A DNA stretch of 64,000 nt from Eutreptiella sp. 'Long Island Sound 2002' (lineage: Eukaryota; Protista; Euglenida), in assembly GCA_964036045.1 (NCBI GenBank), contig OZ038378.1:175150001-175214000 (forward strand). Reading direction: 5' to 3'. The translations under genes and the position numbers were made by a program. Below, piece after piece: positions 49,818 to 62,969 of this stretch. The notes under the pieces were generated by a model. It searched no databases. It saw only the letters and a list, made by a program, of their open reading frames with translations, and was not told the origin of the DNA. Position 1 is the stretch's first letter. Each line of letters opens with the position of its first letter.

Positions 49818-52314
49818 GTACGCCACGCTGCAACGGGATTCACGGGTCAGGGTCTCTTTAAAGGACTGTTGGTTTCTGCCGTGGAGGAAAGTTCGGGCCT
49901 GATTGTTGTTTGGCGGTTGACAGTTAGAGGTTACCCACTGCTGGTTGACAGCCCACGTCAAGGCAGTTGACAACTGCCGGTGTGTGGAAAGGGTATTTTG
50001 TGTATGTACACTGCTTTGCACTGAAATTTTTCGTTTGGATTCGCTTGTACCAATTTGCTCTGCCTGCGACAGGGAGATTACTGTTGAAGGAATATCCTGT
50101 TTTAAGCCACATGCAGTACACCCCGTATCAACTCAGACCACCTGGCACTGCCAATGCTTCTGCACGAGCCGCAAAACCCTTCCACAGCCCCTCCTCAGTC
50201 CTCGCCAATGCTCTACATTTCCTCTACAGCCCAGTACACTCCTACGGCACACCAGAGCACATCCCTTACAGTTCCGCCACAGCCCCCCAACACGTCCACG
50301 GCTGCTCTACTGGCAGTCTCCATCACAACAGTGGGACTATGATGGCGATGAATACAGTGCCTCAAGCATTGAATTGCAACATCCAGTAATGAATGCAACG
50401 TCTTTATCAATCAATGCAATGCCTCTAGTATCTACAGTGCTCTAGTATTGAGTGCAATGCTTCAAAGCAGTGAATGCAATACCTCTAGTAAGAAATGCGG
50501 TCCCCAGTAACAAATGCAGTTCTTCAAGTAATGGACGGAGTGCCTCCTGTAATGGATGCAGTGTTTTCGCTACCAGGTGCATTGCCTCCAATAGTGGATG
50601 CACATCGCTCAGTGATGAATGGTGTCAGGTACAAATCCTGTATTTTCCTTTTTTTTTTGCTGTCAATTGTGTGCCTTTTGTTTTGGCGTAAGTCGCAGAT
50701 GGAAAAAAAACTGAAAATGCTGTGGGTACGCAACCTACGCAAAAAAAAAAAGTATGCACATTACGCTTTTTTTTTACGCCTTACGCCTCATCAAGATTGA
50801 ATGACTGAGCTGGTGGGGAAGTGGGGCACGCTTGCAATGGCCAAAAGCGCAAGAAAGTTGCTGCATGCTATACAGTTTGAGTGTGGTTTTACTTGCGCGG
50901 TAGTGAAATGCACACCCATTGGAAGTTTGACATTTGGAGTTCAGATTGCGGTTAAGTAGAAAGGCACACCGAATACTATGGATACTAAAGATTTGGAGAG
51001 TTACAAACATTGGTGGTAATTCATGGGATCGCGGTGAAGCGAAAGCCTAGTACCAGAATATTGATCAACAAAAATGGGCAAAACAAGAGACACACAACCC
51101 CTACTAACACATTGTGCCATGCAAAAGAGGTGAAAGCATTTGTATAACCCGCAGATGACTACTTCTAGCCCGAACCTAGCGTGAAAAAATGAACTTTTTC
51201 GTTTTGTTTTGACCCATTTTTGAGCCACTTGTGGTCCCAAAATGGCCCATTTTCAAGGCTCTTTCGGACTTGAGGTGGGCCAAAACTGCTCAAAATGGGC
51301 TCCAAATAGGCTCATTTCACTTGTTTGTGCACCCCAAATAGTCCAAGATTATTTTTGGGGAAACACATTTTTGACCCATTTTTGACCCATTTTTGCCCCC
51401 AAAACGACCCATTTTCAAGGCATTTTTTGGCCTGAGAGGGGCCAAAATGGCTTACAATGGGCTCAAAATGGGCACATTTCACTTGTTTGGGCACCCCAAA
51501 TGCTTCGGGGTCATTTTGGGGAAAACACATTTTTGACCCATTTTTGGTCCCAAAAGAGCCCATTTTCAAGGCATTTTGGAGTTTTCGGAGGGCCAAAATG
51601 GGCCATCACGGACTCAAACCATGCCAAAAATACTTGTTTTGGCATCCCACGTGGTCTAGGATCATTTTTGAAAAGGGTCCTTTTTTTTGCACCTAGTCCA
51701 CCTTGTTAACATGTTTTGGCACCCACCTCTTTGGGCTTCCTCTTGCGGCTTACCCCAGCCCAATGGGCCCAAGTACGGGGGTCTAGGCGTCCGTTTGAGC
51801 ACTTTTGGGGGGTGGGGACCTACCTACCACCTACTACCTACTACTACTAATACTACGTACTATGGGACCAAGCTCAGCCGCGCACACTGGCCTATGTTGG
51901 AGACTTTGGGATGCTTGACTCTTGAGTTGTTGGCAATGTATGCGGTTGTCCAGTTCATGCAGTTGAAGGTGGGTGCCTAGATCTTCTCTTAGGGTGGTCT
52001 AGAATACCTTGGTAGCCGGAGTTGGGTGACCGCCCCGTCGATCCTTGCCACCTTGGCCTCCCCAAGTGGTGCTAATGGGAGCTGTGGAGGCATGCCGTGT
52101 AAGCACTTGGTGAGGATCTTGACCTGCTGACTAATTCCGGTGCTTGTCTCTAAATTGTTTTTGCCAAGAGTGCCATCCTGCAACGGGGGGGGGGGGGGGC
52201 ACGCTCCACGGCACCACAACGGTGGCCTTCTGCCTTCCCTTCGTCCCTTTCCCTCTGTGAAGTTCTGCGATAGGCCCTGCGTGTACAATTGCGTACCAAA
52301 TGTAGGACGTCCAA

Positions 52315-52800
52315 TAATGGATGCCGTGTGTCTAATGATGGATGCAGTGTCTCCATCATGGATGTATTGCCTCCAGTGGTGGATGCGGCACATTTAGTAA
52401 TGAGTGGAGGGACCCTATTAATGTGTGTGCTCGCAGTAGTCAATGTCGAATATCTAGGAATGGATGCAGTGCATCCAATGATGCATGCGACGTCTTTGGT
52501 AATAGATGCAGTGCCTTTGGTGTTGGATGCAGCACCTCCAGTGTTGGAAGCATGGCCTCAAGTATTGGATGCAGTGCCTCAAGTAATGGATGTAGTGCCT
52601 CCCTAATGCATGCGACACTTGCAGTAATGGACACAATACCCTGGTAATGGATGCAGTGCCCGCACTAATGAATCTTGGTCATCCAATACATTGGATTCAG
52701 CCCTCACGTACTCATAAATGTGTGCATCTAGACATGGATGCATTGCCCATGGTAGAGAATGCACTGCTTGTGGTAATGGATGCAGATGCAGTGCATCCAC
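52315..52800. repeat. 21-bp minisatellite GATGCAGTGCCTCCAGTAATG
   Basis: Degenerate tandem units; related tracts at about 50380-50620 and 56035-56120. Confidence 0.85.
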
Positions 52801-53777
52801 AAATGCAAGCAATTCCCTAACTGCTCATAGAGCCCCAAGATGTCGATCAGACCCACTGCGGGACCTAGTAGAGGCGGCGTGAGAAGACTCCCCTTTCCGA
52901 CAAGAAAAGCCTTCAGTGGGGCTTTGGCCCCAGGGATGTTGGGTCACCGCCATCGGGGATTTCCCCCGGGGCATTGCTTATTAACGGGGCCATGGCCAAC
53001 CCTACCCAACACACTGCTAGCCGACAACAAAGGGACACCGGCACTATAGCACTTGGTCCACAAGGGGGGGGGGGGGGTAGACACTGCGGCAACCACCAAA
53101 TGCGGCGCACGTTGAGCGAGCCATCAACAAACACCCTCCCGCTACAAGGTGCCCACGTACTCCATAAGGGCGGGGGCTGCGCCCCGCGCGCCGGGAGGTG
53201 CCCGCCACGGGGGTGGCAACAGGGCCGTGAAGAGCCAACCGCGCACGCGACAATCCACATCGTACAGAGATGTGAAACCCTCGTACGGGGACGCAGGCGG
53301 GTGGGACAGGAGGGGGTGCGCGACATGGGCACCTAGGAGTGCCACCAGACAGGGGGAGGAGCAACACAGACACACAGAACGCGGGAGCCACACCAAGAGG
53401 GACAAGGGCGGGCACAGCAGACAAGGAGGAGGGGCACAGCAAGGCAGGAGAGGCAACTAGAACAACGGGAACAGGGAACAACAATGGAGCGGATGGTGGA
53501 GCGTGCGCATGGGAGGCAGCGACAATAAAGGGGATGGCTTGGCCAGCTAGCCCCGTTGCTACCGGGTGCCAGGGCAACCCCTGCTCAACCGGTATCCGGT
53601 AAGGTGCGGGGTGTCTCCCGCAGCCCAGATGGGCTGTTTGCGCAACAGGAGCGGGAGCCCATCAGGGGCAGACCAGCCGTGAGGGGGAAAAGGGACATAT
53701 GGTGCACAGCCCGGACAGCACGTGGAGGAACAGGGCACCTGGGCCTCACAGAAACACAGCGAGGCAGGCTATGGACG

Positions 53778-54078
53778 GCCTGTGGACAGATGTGTGTGGA
53801 CAGCAAAAACAGTCAAACGACCCCGGCAACAACCAACACATCCTCAATACGCCAATTATTGGGTGCCGCTGACGCGCAAACGGCACACCATGCCACATTC
53901 AGCACAGCCCCAACACACCAACTACTGGGCTCCTCGAACGCGGAAATGACACCAGCAAGAGCACCGGCCGCAGCGGCCAACAGAAAGCAGCGACCCGACG
54001 CAACATGCGAAGGGAAGAATGGGTGACCGTCAAGGGCCCCGTAAAGGAGCAACAACCAAACGGAATGTCCCACAGGGG
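53778..54078. repeat. About 300-bp dispersed repeat family, copy 3 (more diverged)
   Basis: Direct sequence match to 3180-3480. Confidence 0.88.
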
Positions 54079-55401
54079 GTAGACAAATGGCAGTTGCATT
54101 CCTATCTTTCACGCAAATAGCCGTGCAGCCTCCTAGCACTGGTGCCTGACTGGTCGTAAAATCGCCTGTTTCAAGGCTTTCTGGGAATTTGCTTGGGGTA
54201 TTATGGGTCAACAATCGCTCAAAACGGCCTTAAACCTCTTGTTTGAGCATTGCAAGTGGTCTAGGAGCAACTTTGAAAATAATTTTTAGACCACTTTTTG
54301 ACCCACAAATGACTCTGCTAACCCTGCCCTGGCATGTGCGCAGTACACCACTCCTTGGTGTCAATGGGGCATCGAGGGGTCTTGGTGGTGCGGAAATAGC
54401 TCAGAAATGTTCCCATTAATCATCATTGATCATCATATGGGTGCCCAAGAGGCTGCATTGCAGTCAAACACAGTGAACGAAAATGGGATTTATATAAGAT
54501 CACTTCCAAGGCTGATTTTGGCCATTTTTGGCCCTTTTACAAAAGTTTTGGGGAATTTGCTTGCGGCCATATGGGTCCAAATGGCTCAATACACCCTTAA
54601 ACCACCGCACCCCAAGTGGTCCAGGAGCAATCCGGAAAAAATTCTTTTGAACCACTTTTTGACCCACAAGTGGGCTCTGCTACCCTACCCTAGCACGTGT
54701 CTGCACTGCACCACTCCTTGGTACCAAAGGGGCATGGGGGGTCTTATAGGTGAGAAAGTACCTTGCAAGTGTTCCCATTGCGCATCCTTTATCAGGACAA
54801 GGGTGTCGAAGGCAATACATGGCAGTCTAACACAGCAAAGGAAGTCGACACTTGAAAGTATGCACCAAAAGCACACTTTCAAGGCTGGATTTTGCGGTAT
54901 TTTGACCCCCCTAAAGGGGTCGTTGAGCCCACGGGTTGTTTGCAAAAGCTACTAGACAGTGCCCAAGGGTGTTTATTCATCTTCTAGATTGGTTCCAATA
55001 CAAACGGTCCCCGCCATGAACATCCTAGGCCCAAATGGGCTAAAAAATAGCATTTTTGGAGGGCCATTTTCAACATATTTTGAAACCTGGTGTTGAGTTT
55101 CTTACTCAAACTTTGTGTGATTGTACTTCATACCCGTAGCTATCACCCACCTAAATTTCGGCCAAATCCAAGCCACCGCAACAGATTTCTGATTTTTTTA
55201 CCATTTCGCATGTGTTTAGTGATGAACACTGTGCCTCTGATCTGTGGCAAAGATATGCTTACACATTGCCCACGTGCCCAGGGAGTGGTCTGAATATTGC
55301 TGCTGACAAATGGCCTGCCATTGTGCACACACACAATGCACTTGCGCTGCCAATGCACAGTGCACATGCAGCATCTCTTGTGTATGTCTCTCCTGCCTCA
55401 G

Positions 55402-55659
55402 AGCTGTCATCACCTCGGGACTCCGCATCGCGCAGCCTCTTCAGCAGCCCCAGTTCCGTCACCCGAACCATGAGCCCAGGTACGCGTGTAGTCAGCCCCC
55501 GTACCTCTGAAGTGTCACTCTCCGGAATTCAGTGCTGGACAGAGTCAAGTGTGACAAACCGCAACGAGGCTCCACAGGCAGATCCGAGAAACAGACATGC
55601 CCTTCCAAGTGCTTTGGAATCCCTTCCTGAAACATCAACCGCAAGCCTGCAGCCCCAAG
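55402..55659 (+). CDS. Giant membrane protein exon 17, S-rich tail
   Basis: CTCAG acceptor, phase 1 join AVFS-E-LSSPRDS; donor GTAGGC at 55660, or read-through to the stop at 55682. Confidence 0.65.
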
Positions 55660-56890
55660 GTAGGCATTTCAGGCCCCGGTAGGGTCAGATTCCCGCAGCG
55701 GTTTTCGGATTTGGTCCCGATGTCCAATCTGAACATTGCTCTATAATTTTTATATATCTGCGAGTATTATAAGCACAAAGCAGTACCCCCGACTGTATTT
55801 CTGACCACACACCAGTGACCGCATAGCCCTGATATGCACCAGAGATGACCAAATTTCAAACCGCTCTTCGCCCCGTCCCGTTCGCTTATAGGCTCCACTG
55901 AGTGTTGGGTGTTGGGCTGGGAGGCCTGTTCCAAATTGCATTTGCTTTGTGGATGATCGCTTGTGGTATGAGGGTGGCCAGTGTGTCAACTCCTTGTACC
56001 CCGCTCTCGACAATCTGCTTGCTTCCCCTTGACATTGAATGCAGTGCCTCTTATACCGAATGCCATGTGTCTTGCATTCACCGCAGGTCCTTCTAGTGAT
56101 GAATGCAGTGCCTCTGGTAATTAATTAATAGATATGTTGCGATGTGTGGAACTCATGCGTGAACAGGCCGCATGAGTGCAAGACCTGTGCTCTCAGCAAA
56201 GGTCTTGTGGACGACGATCAACCCACAGGCAGTATGGGTCGTAATTCGTGGATGATGGGCAGAATCTTGGCCGAGATGTTCCTTGAGATCTTGATCAATC
56301 ATTGTCAGGTTTATGTGGCCACTGGCTGGTGGTCCGAAAAGTGGTCAGTGCATATTATATATTCACATACACAGAGCACCATTCATATCAGACATGCCTC
56401 TGAAGCTGAACAAACCTATAAATGTGGAGGTCGATGGGTTCCGCACCTGAGGGATCGGTGCTGCTCCCTGGGTCACATTTCTCTCACGGGCGTGTGAGGG
56501 CGAAATGAGCCCTGCCGAACTCCGTTCCGGCCCTACGCAAGCTGCAACGTGCCAAAAAGTGTGATCTGAACTCCAGGATCCATTGTTTGGGGATGTTTGG
56601 AAGCGGCAGAATGGTTGGATAAGTTTCAAGAGGATGCAAGGTTCAATACATTCAATGATGGGGGCACTGCATTCATAAACGAGATTATAATTGCACGTTT
56701 CTCCCCCTCTCTTTGTACGTCTGAACTCCATTCTTGAAGTCCACAAGCAAAATTACATGTGAGGACTTGCGTCCAGATCAAGAGCATTGTGTCTGCGTGC
56801 TTCCGATGCAGCATCTGTGGTTGTTGAGGGCACACTTCTAGAAACGCTGTGTCCTTGTCTTTGTCCTTGTCTCCAACACTCGCATTCCAG

Positions 56891-56907
56891 AGGATGATGA
56901 ACGTTGA
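56891..56907 (+). CDS. Putative terminal micro-exon (..QEDDER*)
   Basis: Pyrimidine tract then TTCCAG; phase 1 matches the 55660 donor; TGA at 56905-56907; the total spliced length of 7329 nt is divisible by 3. Confidence 0.45.
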
Positions 56908-59900
56908 GTTGTGCTATGCGTTCTTGCCGCCAGATGGGTGTGCCAAGGGCTCTTTTGCATAAGGACACGCACGGAATATCTAAGACACACCACGTGCGCA
57001 CGTGTACGCACAAACATACACGTTCATTGAATTCACTGCGGGACTATCTGTGCTGCAGTTTACCAACGGGGACTGCCGCAGCACTCGGCTGCATGGCAAG
57101 CACGAGTGAAGTGCTGAGCAGTGCTTCATGGGTTTTGGATCACAGAATGTGATTTGTATGCCGTCATCTCTACACCGTTGCGCCGGTGCTTTTACAGAGT
57201 TGACAGTGACTGGTCTCTGGCGCGGGGGGCAGGGTGGGGGGGGCAGCCTCTCGATTCCCATAACCCTCCCCCCTTCCCTCCCCGCCACCCTCACTCCCAG
57301 GCCTTGGGCCACACTTGCCCCCCCGCCCCACCCACCCTCTGGGAACGAAGAAGTATAGCCCCCCCTCCCGCCAATGGACCCCCCCCTTGGGAACGAAGCA
57401 TCACCCCCCTCCCAATGGTTTCAGTGGGCTGTAGCAAGACTCCGTAACAACAAAAATGGGGACCAGCATGGGGTCTAGGACCGCCACAACCCCTTCAAAT
57501 GTACCACATGCCCTTAAAATGGATGTTCAAAACATGTGCACAGCCCACAAATTGTGCACAGCAAAGCCGCTTTGAGAGGTTTGAACAAAATTCGGCTCGT
57601 TGCCCCCCCTTGCCCCCTTTGGAACAAAGACACATGGCCCCCTTTAGCCAATGGACCTCCTCGCTCGAAAGAAGAACCATGGCTCCCGGCCAATGTCATG
57701 GGGGGGAGGGGTAACTACCCAAGGGTGCTGGGCCGGACTTGACATGGCCATTGGCGCCGAAGGAACATGAGGGAATATTCTGTCGATGATGATGCATGTT
57801 CACATGTTGCTGGCATGTAGTCATGTGTCTCCCCCTCTCTGTGGACCCAAATACCGTCACAAGGCCCAAGCAACCCCCCATACGATATCTTTAAGCTCTT
57901 CAGCAAAGCCCACGAAGTATAATTCTCCCATCTGCCCTCGGCTTCAAGCTACTTGCCCCCCCCGGAGCAATTTTTTTGACCCTAATATATTTGCCTGGTG
58001 GATGCATCAATCCACATCCGGTTTTTTTTTAGTTTGTTGTGGTTTCTGGACCAAATTGTGACGGCTTGCACACATTTCTCCGCTCTGAACCTTTCATAAT
58101 TGCGGAAGGGCTTGCAGTCTGAGGTTGGAATGACAGACTCTCACGGTGCAAGGCATGTCAGGGCCCGCGATGAGCACCGGCACAGAGACAGGGACCAGGG
58201 ACAGGGGGGCAGGAAAACAATGGGCAGCAGCAGCAGTGGATCCGAGGACTTGAAACCCGTCATTCTTCTTCCCTCTTGCTGCAGGACGTCGCTTTTATGC
58301 TTATGTCATTTTCCTGGAATGCGTTCGACGACAAACTCCTCGGGCAGCGCATTTCAGGCTCATTCATGCCCCCCGGCCGGGTCTGGGCCTCTGCCACTAC
58401 CCGTTTTTCGTTGCAGGCCGTTTGTGTGCATCGGGTTGAGGTAAAGCGGTGTTGGTGACTCCAAAGGCGGTACCCTGTCTGAGACTGCTGGTTGTCCTAT
58501 GGTCCTATTGTCCTTTACCTTGTTGGAGACTCATGCTTTTTGAATAGGGGGGCTGCACGGTGCGCAGACACAGCAAACACCACGAATTTGCGGCTGAATT
58601 GGGAAGTCCCCCAAACTCGCGAAATAGACGCGTCCAAACTTGGACAACGTCGTTGATAAGACTTGTTCTGCACGGAGTGCGCTGTACGCGCATTTGGCAG
58701 AAATGCCTTCCGATAGTTCGTACTGTGTGCTTGTCTCCACCTCCACCTCCCATCCCAGCGCATCGGTATCCATATGCAGCACTGTCGCTTAGACTGGCGC
58801 CTGACCTTGGTATGCAGGTTGTGTGCAAAGAGCTGACGAGAATTGTTTGACTGTGTTTGCCTTCATGTGTGTTTGTGTCTGTGTGTGTGCGCGCGCGTGT
58901 TGTGCCTCTGCAGCATGCAACTCAGTATCAGTTGAATATGTGTAGAGTGGGCCGTTGGTGAGGCTGGCGCTGTTTGCCACTGCCTAACCCATACCTCTAT
59001 TGAATCTAACCACCACACACACACCCCTGTCGACCCCCCCCCCATACACACATCTAACCCAATCCAACTTGGGCAAAAACATGGTTGCTTTCAAGTTGAA
59101 TGTCCACAGATTGGTTTTGTTCGCTGGCGCTGCCACAAGCAGGCTCTTTGGGGGCGCACTGTGCGCTGTGCAACACGCACTGTGCGAAAAGTAGGCTATT
59201 TTGGACCCGTTTTCCCCAAGGGCCAAGGGGACCGTTGTAGCCACTGTGTTGCTGTGCAGGCACTGTGCAGAAACGCCCCCTTCACGGCATTCTGAAACTT
59301 ATGTCGCTGATGGGGGCGTACCGTGCGCTGTGCACGCGCTGTGCGAAAAGTTGGCTGTTCTCCACCACCGGGAGTTCGGTAAGTTCAGAAGATTGAAAGG
59401 ACGTCATTGAATGGCTGCTGGAGTGGACGGGGCTATAGGGGGCAGAATTTAGGTCCCTGGGACCCATGGCAAGCATCAGATGTTTGAATTTTTGAGTTTT
59501 GAATTGATTGTGCATGATTCCGCAGGTGGGTGGTTTTCAGGGTTGTTACCTGGATAATCACCGTAATAATTGGTGCTGTGCACGCGCTGCGCGAAAACAC
59601 CCCCTATGTCGCAGGTGTTTCAGAGCAATGGTGAATGATTCATTGTCCCTTGCACAAAACCAGCCACCATTTTTCAGAGACAATGGGCATGAAGCGCCCA
59701 AAAGAACACTTTTTCGCGTTTCACCTTTCAATCCTCACCTCTTGCCCCACCTCCCGTAGGTGGTTAGGTGAGGGTGGGGTAAGGGATATCCTGCAGTACC
59801 TACTGGATGGTGTGGAGGTTCCACATGTCAAGTTGTTTGAATCGTCCATTGAGAGCTTGAAAGCACCGCGCTTGTCTAGTCAGCCAACATTTTGTGTGTC

Positions 59901-62405
59901 CTATTTATCATCGCATATGCCACCTTCAATGCGATTTTTGGCTCACTTAACTCTGAACAAAGGTGCAGTCAGCCAAGCTCTAACCGAAAATCCGGCCAGC
60001 CCAACCGCACTGAAAGGGGTCGTACTGCGCATTGTGTGCGTGCTGTGCACAAAGCTTTGTGCAGGACCATACCCAAGCTGCATAGTAGTGCCTAGTACCA
60101 GCAGTGAGCCTTGTTATGCATTATATGCGTTGCTTGCATGCCTTTCCCTCATTTCCAGTGCATTTGTGTGCGTTGTTGTGCATGTCACTTAAAAAGGGTA
60201 CGGGTTTTGGTGCTATGGTGATACATTCGGGTCCAATTGGGGATATGGACCAGTCCCTTTCCAGTTGGGGATATGGATTGGACCTCTTTCCACCTCCTCC
60301 ACGGAAGAAGGTGAAGGGAGAGAAGGCCTTGTCAAGTACGTCCTTTGTCGCACCTTCCGCTTCTAAAAGGCGTACTCAGAGTACCATCCTTTGCAAAACA
60401 GACCTGTTGGGGGTGGGGGATGGGTTGACGGACAAGGATACTTTGTGGTTGAACCAAGAGCTGTTGAGGTGTTGAGGTTACAATTTGGGGCCTTGGGTGC
60501 CTTGGGGGAGGAGGGTGGGGTGAAACATGAGGCTGTCCAACGTTGTCGGGGTGTAGTATGGTCTGTATGGGCAAAAATATTGCAGTTGTAGCAAAAAACC
60601 CCAATTTTTCCCTGTCATGTGCGCGCTGTGGAGACGCACACCCAAAATTTGGCCATCCAAACCTTGACCCAAAATCTGGCCGGCTTGACTCTAACTGAAA
60701 TTTGGTCAGCTGAACCCGCATCTGTGGCGCCGATGAATGACTATTTGTCAGTTGATTCTGATACAGTCGTTGTTTGCTGTAGGACATTTGTTGCCCCAAA
60801 CTGCCCCAAGATGCCCCCTCTCTGATGCAGGATCACTCTGAGCCTTTTAGTTTTGGTCCCATTTGTGCTGAGGTGGCAGGGTTTGCTGAGGTCACTGCCA
60901 TGTCACCCATGTCATATGTGGCTCTTTCATACCTAGTTAGGCTACTGGGAACTGAACCCAAGACCTCTCAAAAAGAGGTGCCTTAGACCCTAGGGTGTAG
61001 ACCAGTAGGATGACAAGTAATGTAGGAAAAGAGAGACACAAAAAGAGAGTGGGCTTGACCCAATGTCCATGCCCAATAAAACATAGGGAATGCCATGCAC
61101 GCAGTGCGAAGTTTTGGATGTCGACAAATACTCAAACCCTAGTTTCGGCCCCTTTTCACAAGCTTTTGGTTCCGTATCAGGGTGTTTTGTTATTCCTAAG
61201 CATTTCGGGTGTGGCATATTTGAATTTCCAAGGTGCACCACGCAAGACAAGAGATGGAAAGCATTTAAGGAAATCATGTTTGAAAGCTTTGAGGATGCTC
61301 GCCAAGATCAGCTACCAAAACACAAATGGCAAGGTGCAAGTACACATTGATGAACCTATGCATGTGTAGATGCGTAGTTTTGCATGTGGATGTTTGGCGC
61401 CTTTGAAGGCATTTTCATTGTTCTCGTGTGGGCTTTGCTGCTTCGCCGTGCTACTAGACAGGTGACAGGTATTCTTGGGTGAGTATCTCAGCCTCTCCGT
61501 AACCGTGCGCAGTATGCACGCAGTGCGCATATAGTGCAAGAACTTGGCCATAGATAGAGGGTTTTTGGGATAGAAAACCAACAAAACCAAATGATTGTGT
61601 ATTTTTACACACTTGAGATTTTGCTCAGCTAAAATACTGAGGTAAAACCATTGAAATCATTTAGATAAAGGTCACAGAAAAATCAGATATTTTCTTTTAT
61701 GTAGGATTTTTGGGGAAGATGGCTTTAATTGTATGATGGTGGTATATTTTGGTTGATATGGACTGTAAAAAGAGTTTAGGATGGGGGACATTGTATCAAG
61801 AAAATGCAATTCTTCATACTAGAATCTTGCCAGAGGGTAATGTATGGCTGCTGGGAAGTAAGGTTCGGAATTGGTTTGGTAAGTAAGGTTCGAAATAATT
61901 TTTTTTCAATCATTGTTCTGAAACAAACCAATTGTTGCCATTGTTTGTAGCAAAATAATCAGTTTTTTCCGACTGTTGCTACCAAAATTACCAAGAATTG
62001 ACCAATTATTCACAATAATTTCAACGTTTTGAGACAATTGGAGACAACCAATTATCGATGAAAATTGTCACTTTTTCAGAAAATAGAGGCTACAAGAAAA
62101 GTAGACACCTGCTTGAAAAAAATATCCTTTGAAGCACATTAATGTCATTGTTGTGGACATACCATGACACTCCAAAACTTGGCCCATGGGAATGGGCCCC
62201 GACACCCGGTACTGTCCTTTTTTAGGGAGAAGACCAGAGTGTACGGCAGGCCGGAGTGTGCATAGATTCCTACAATTTCTTCTTTGATGGCTCATTGTGT
62301 TTGATTTGACTATTGGTGATCGGCCAATGACGTGGCATGATGACACCATCATGCCACCATGGCATGGTGACATCATCATACTACACTAGATCAAACATGT
62401 TCAAA

Positions 62406-62630
62406 CAACATCAACCATGAGGGCCAAGGTATCACAACCATGCTCGCTTCCATACTCGGTGGCTTGCCAAACTCACCTATCGGTGGCTCGCCACCACAGT
62501 AGGCATAGTGTGACTTTCAACATCAACCATGAGGGCCAGGGTATCACAACCATGCTGGCTTCCTCACTGGGTGGCTTGCCAAACTCAATTATGGGTGGCC
62601 CACCACCATTGTAGGCATAGTTTGACTTTC
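62406..62630. repeat. Tandem duplication, period 112 bp
   Basis: CAACATCAACCATGAGGGCC...GGCATAGT.TGACTTTC starting at 62406 and 62518. Confidence 0.9.
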
Positions 62631-62809
62631 TAGACACGCAGTCACGTTGTACTCCGTATTTCTTCCTTTTTTAAGGGGGAAATATAAGAAAAAGGTGAAA
62701 AGTAGATTCACAAACCTTGTGCACCCACCAGGCCACCAGCAAAAGGAAAATAAGTTCACTTCGCCGAGCTCTGCCACACATTGCAAACCCTGCAGACTTG
62801 TGCAATACC

Positions 62810-62969
62810 TACAATGTTGAGGACGTCATTCCTAAGCGTATGGCAAAGAATGTAATGGGCGATGGCAAAAAGACAAAAGCTTGTCCGATGAAAAGGGTTG
62901 CCTGCTTCTGCTTAGAAATGGGACCCACTTGAGAACCTCAGTAGCTGCGAGGCATTTATTGCACATTTC
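62810..62969 (+). pseudogene. Decayed chromodomain
   Basis: YNVEDVIPKR... frameshift ...LVR*KGLPASA*KWDPLENLSSCEAFIAHF matches Y.VE.I..kR..YLVkWkG......WEP.eNL..C...i..F. Confidence 0.65.

Noticed and set aside
58290-58350. EEFVVERI (minus strand) resembling a chromodomain start
   Set aside because: No YLVKWxG or WEP motif follows in any frame I could read
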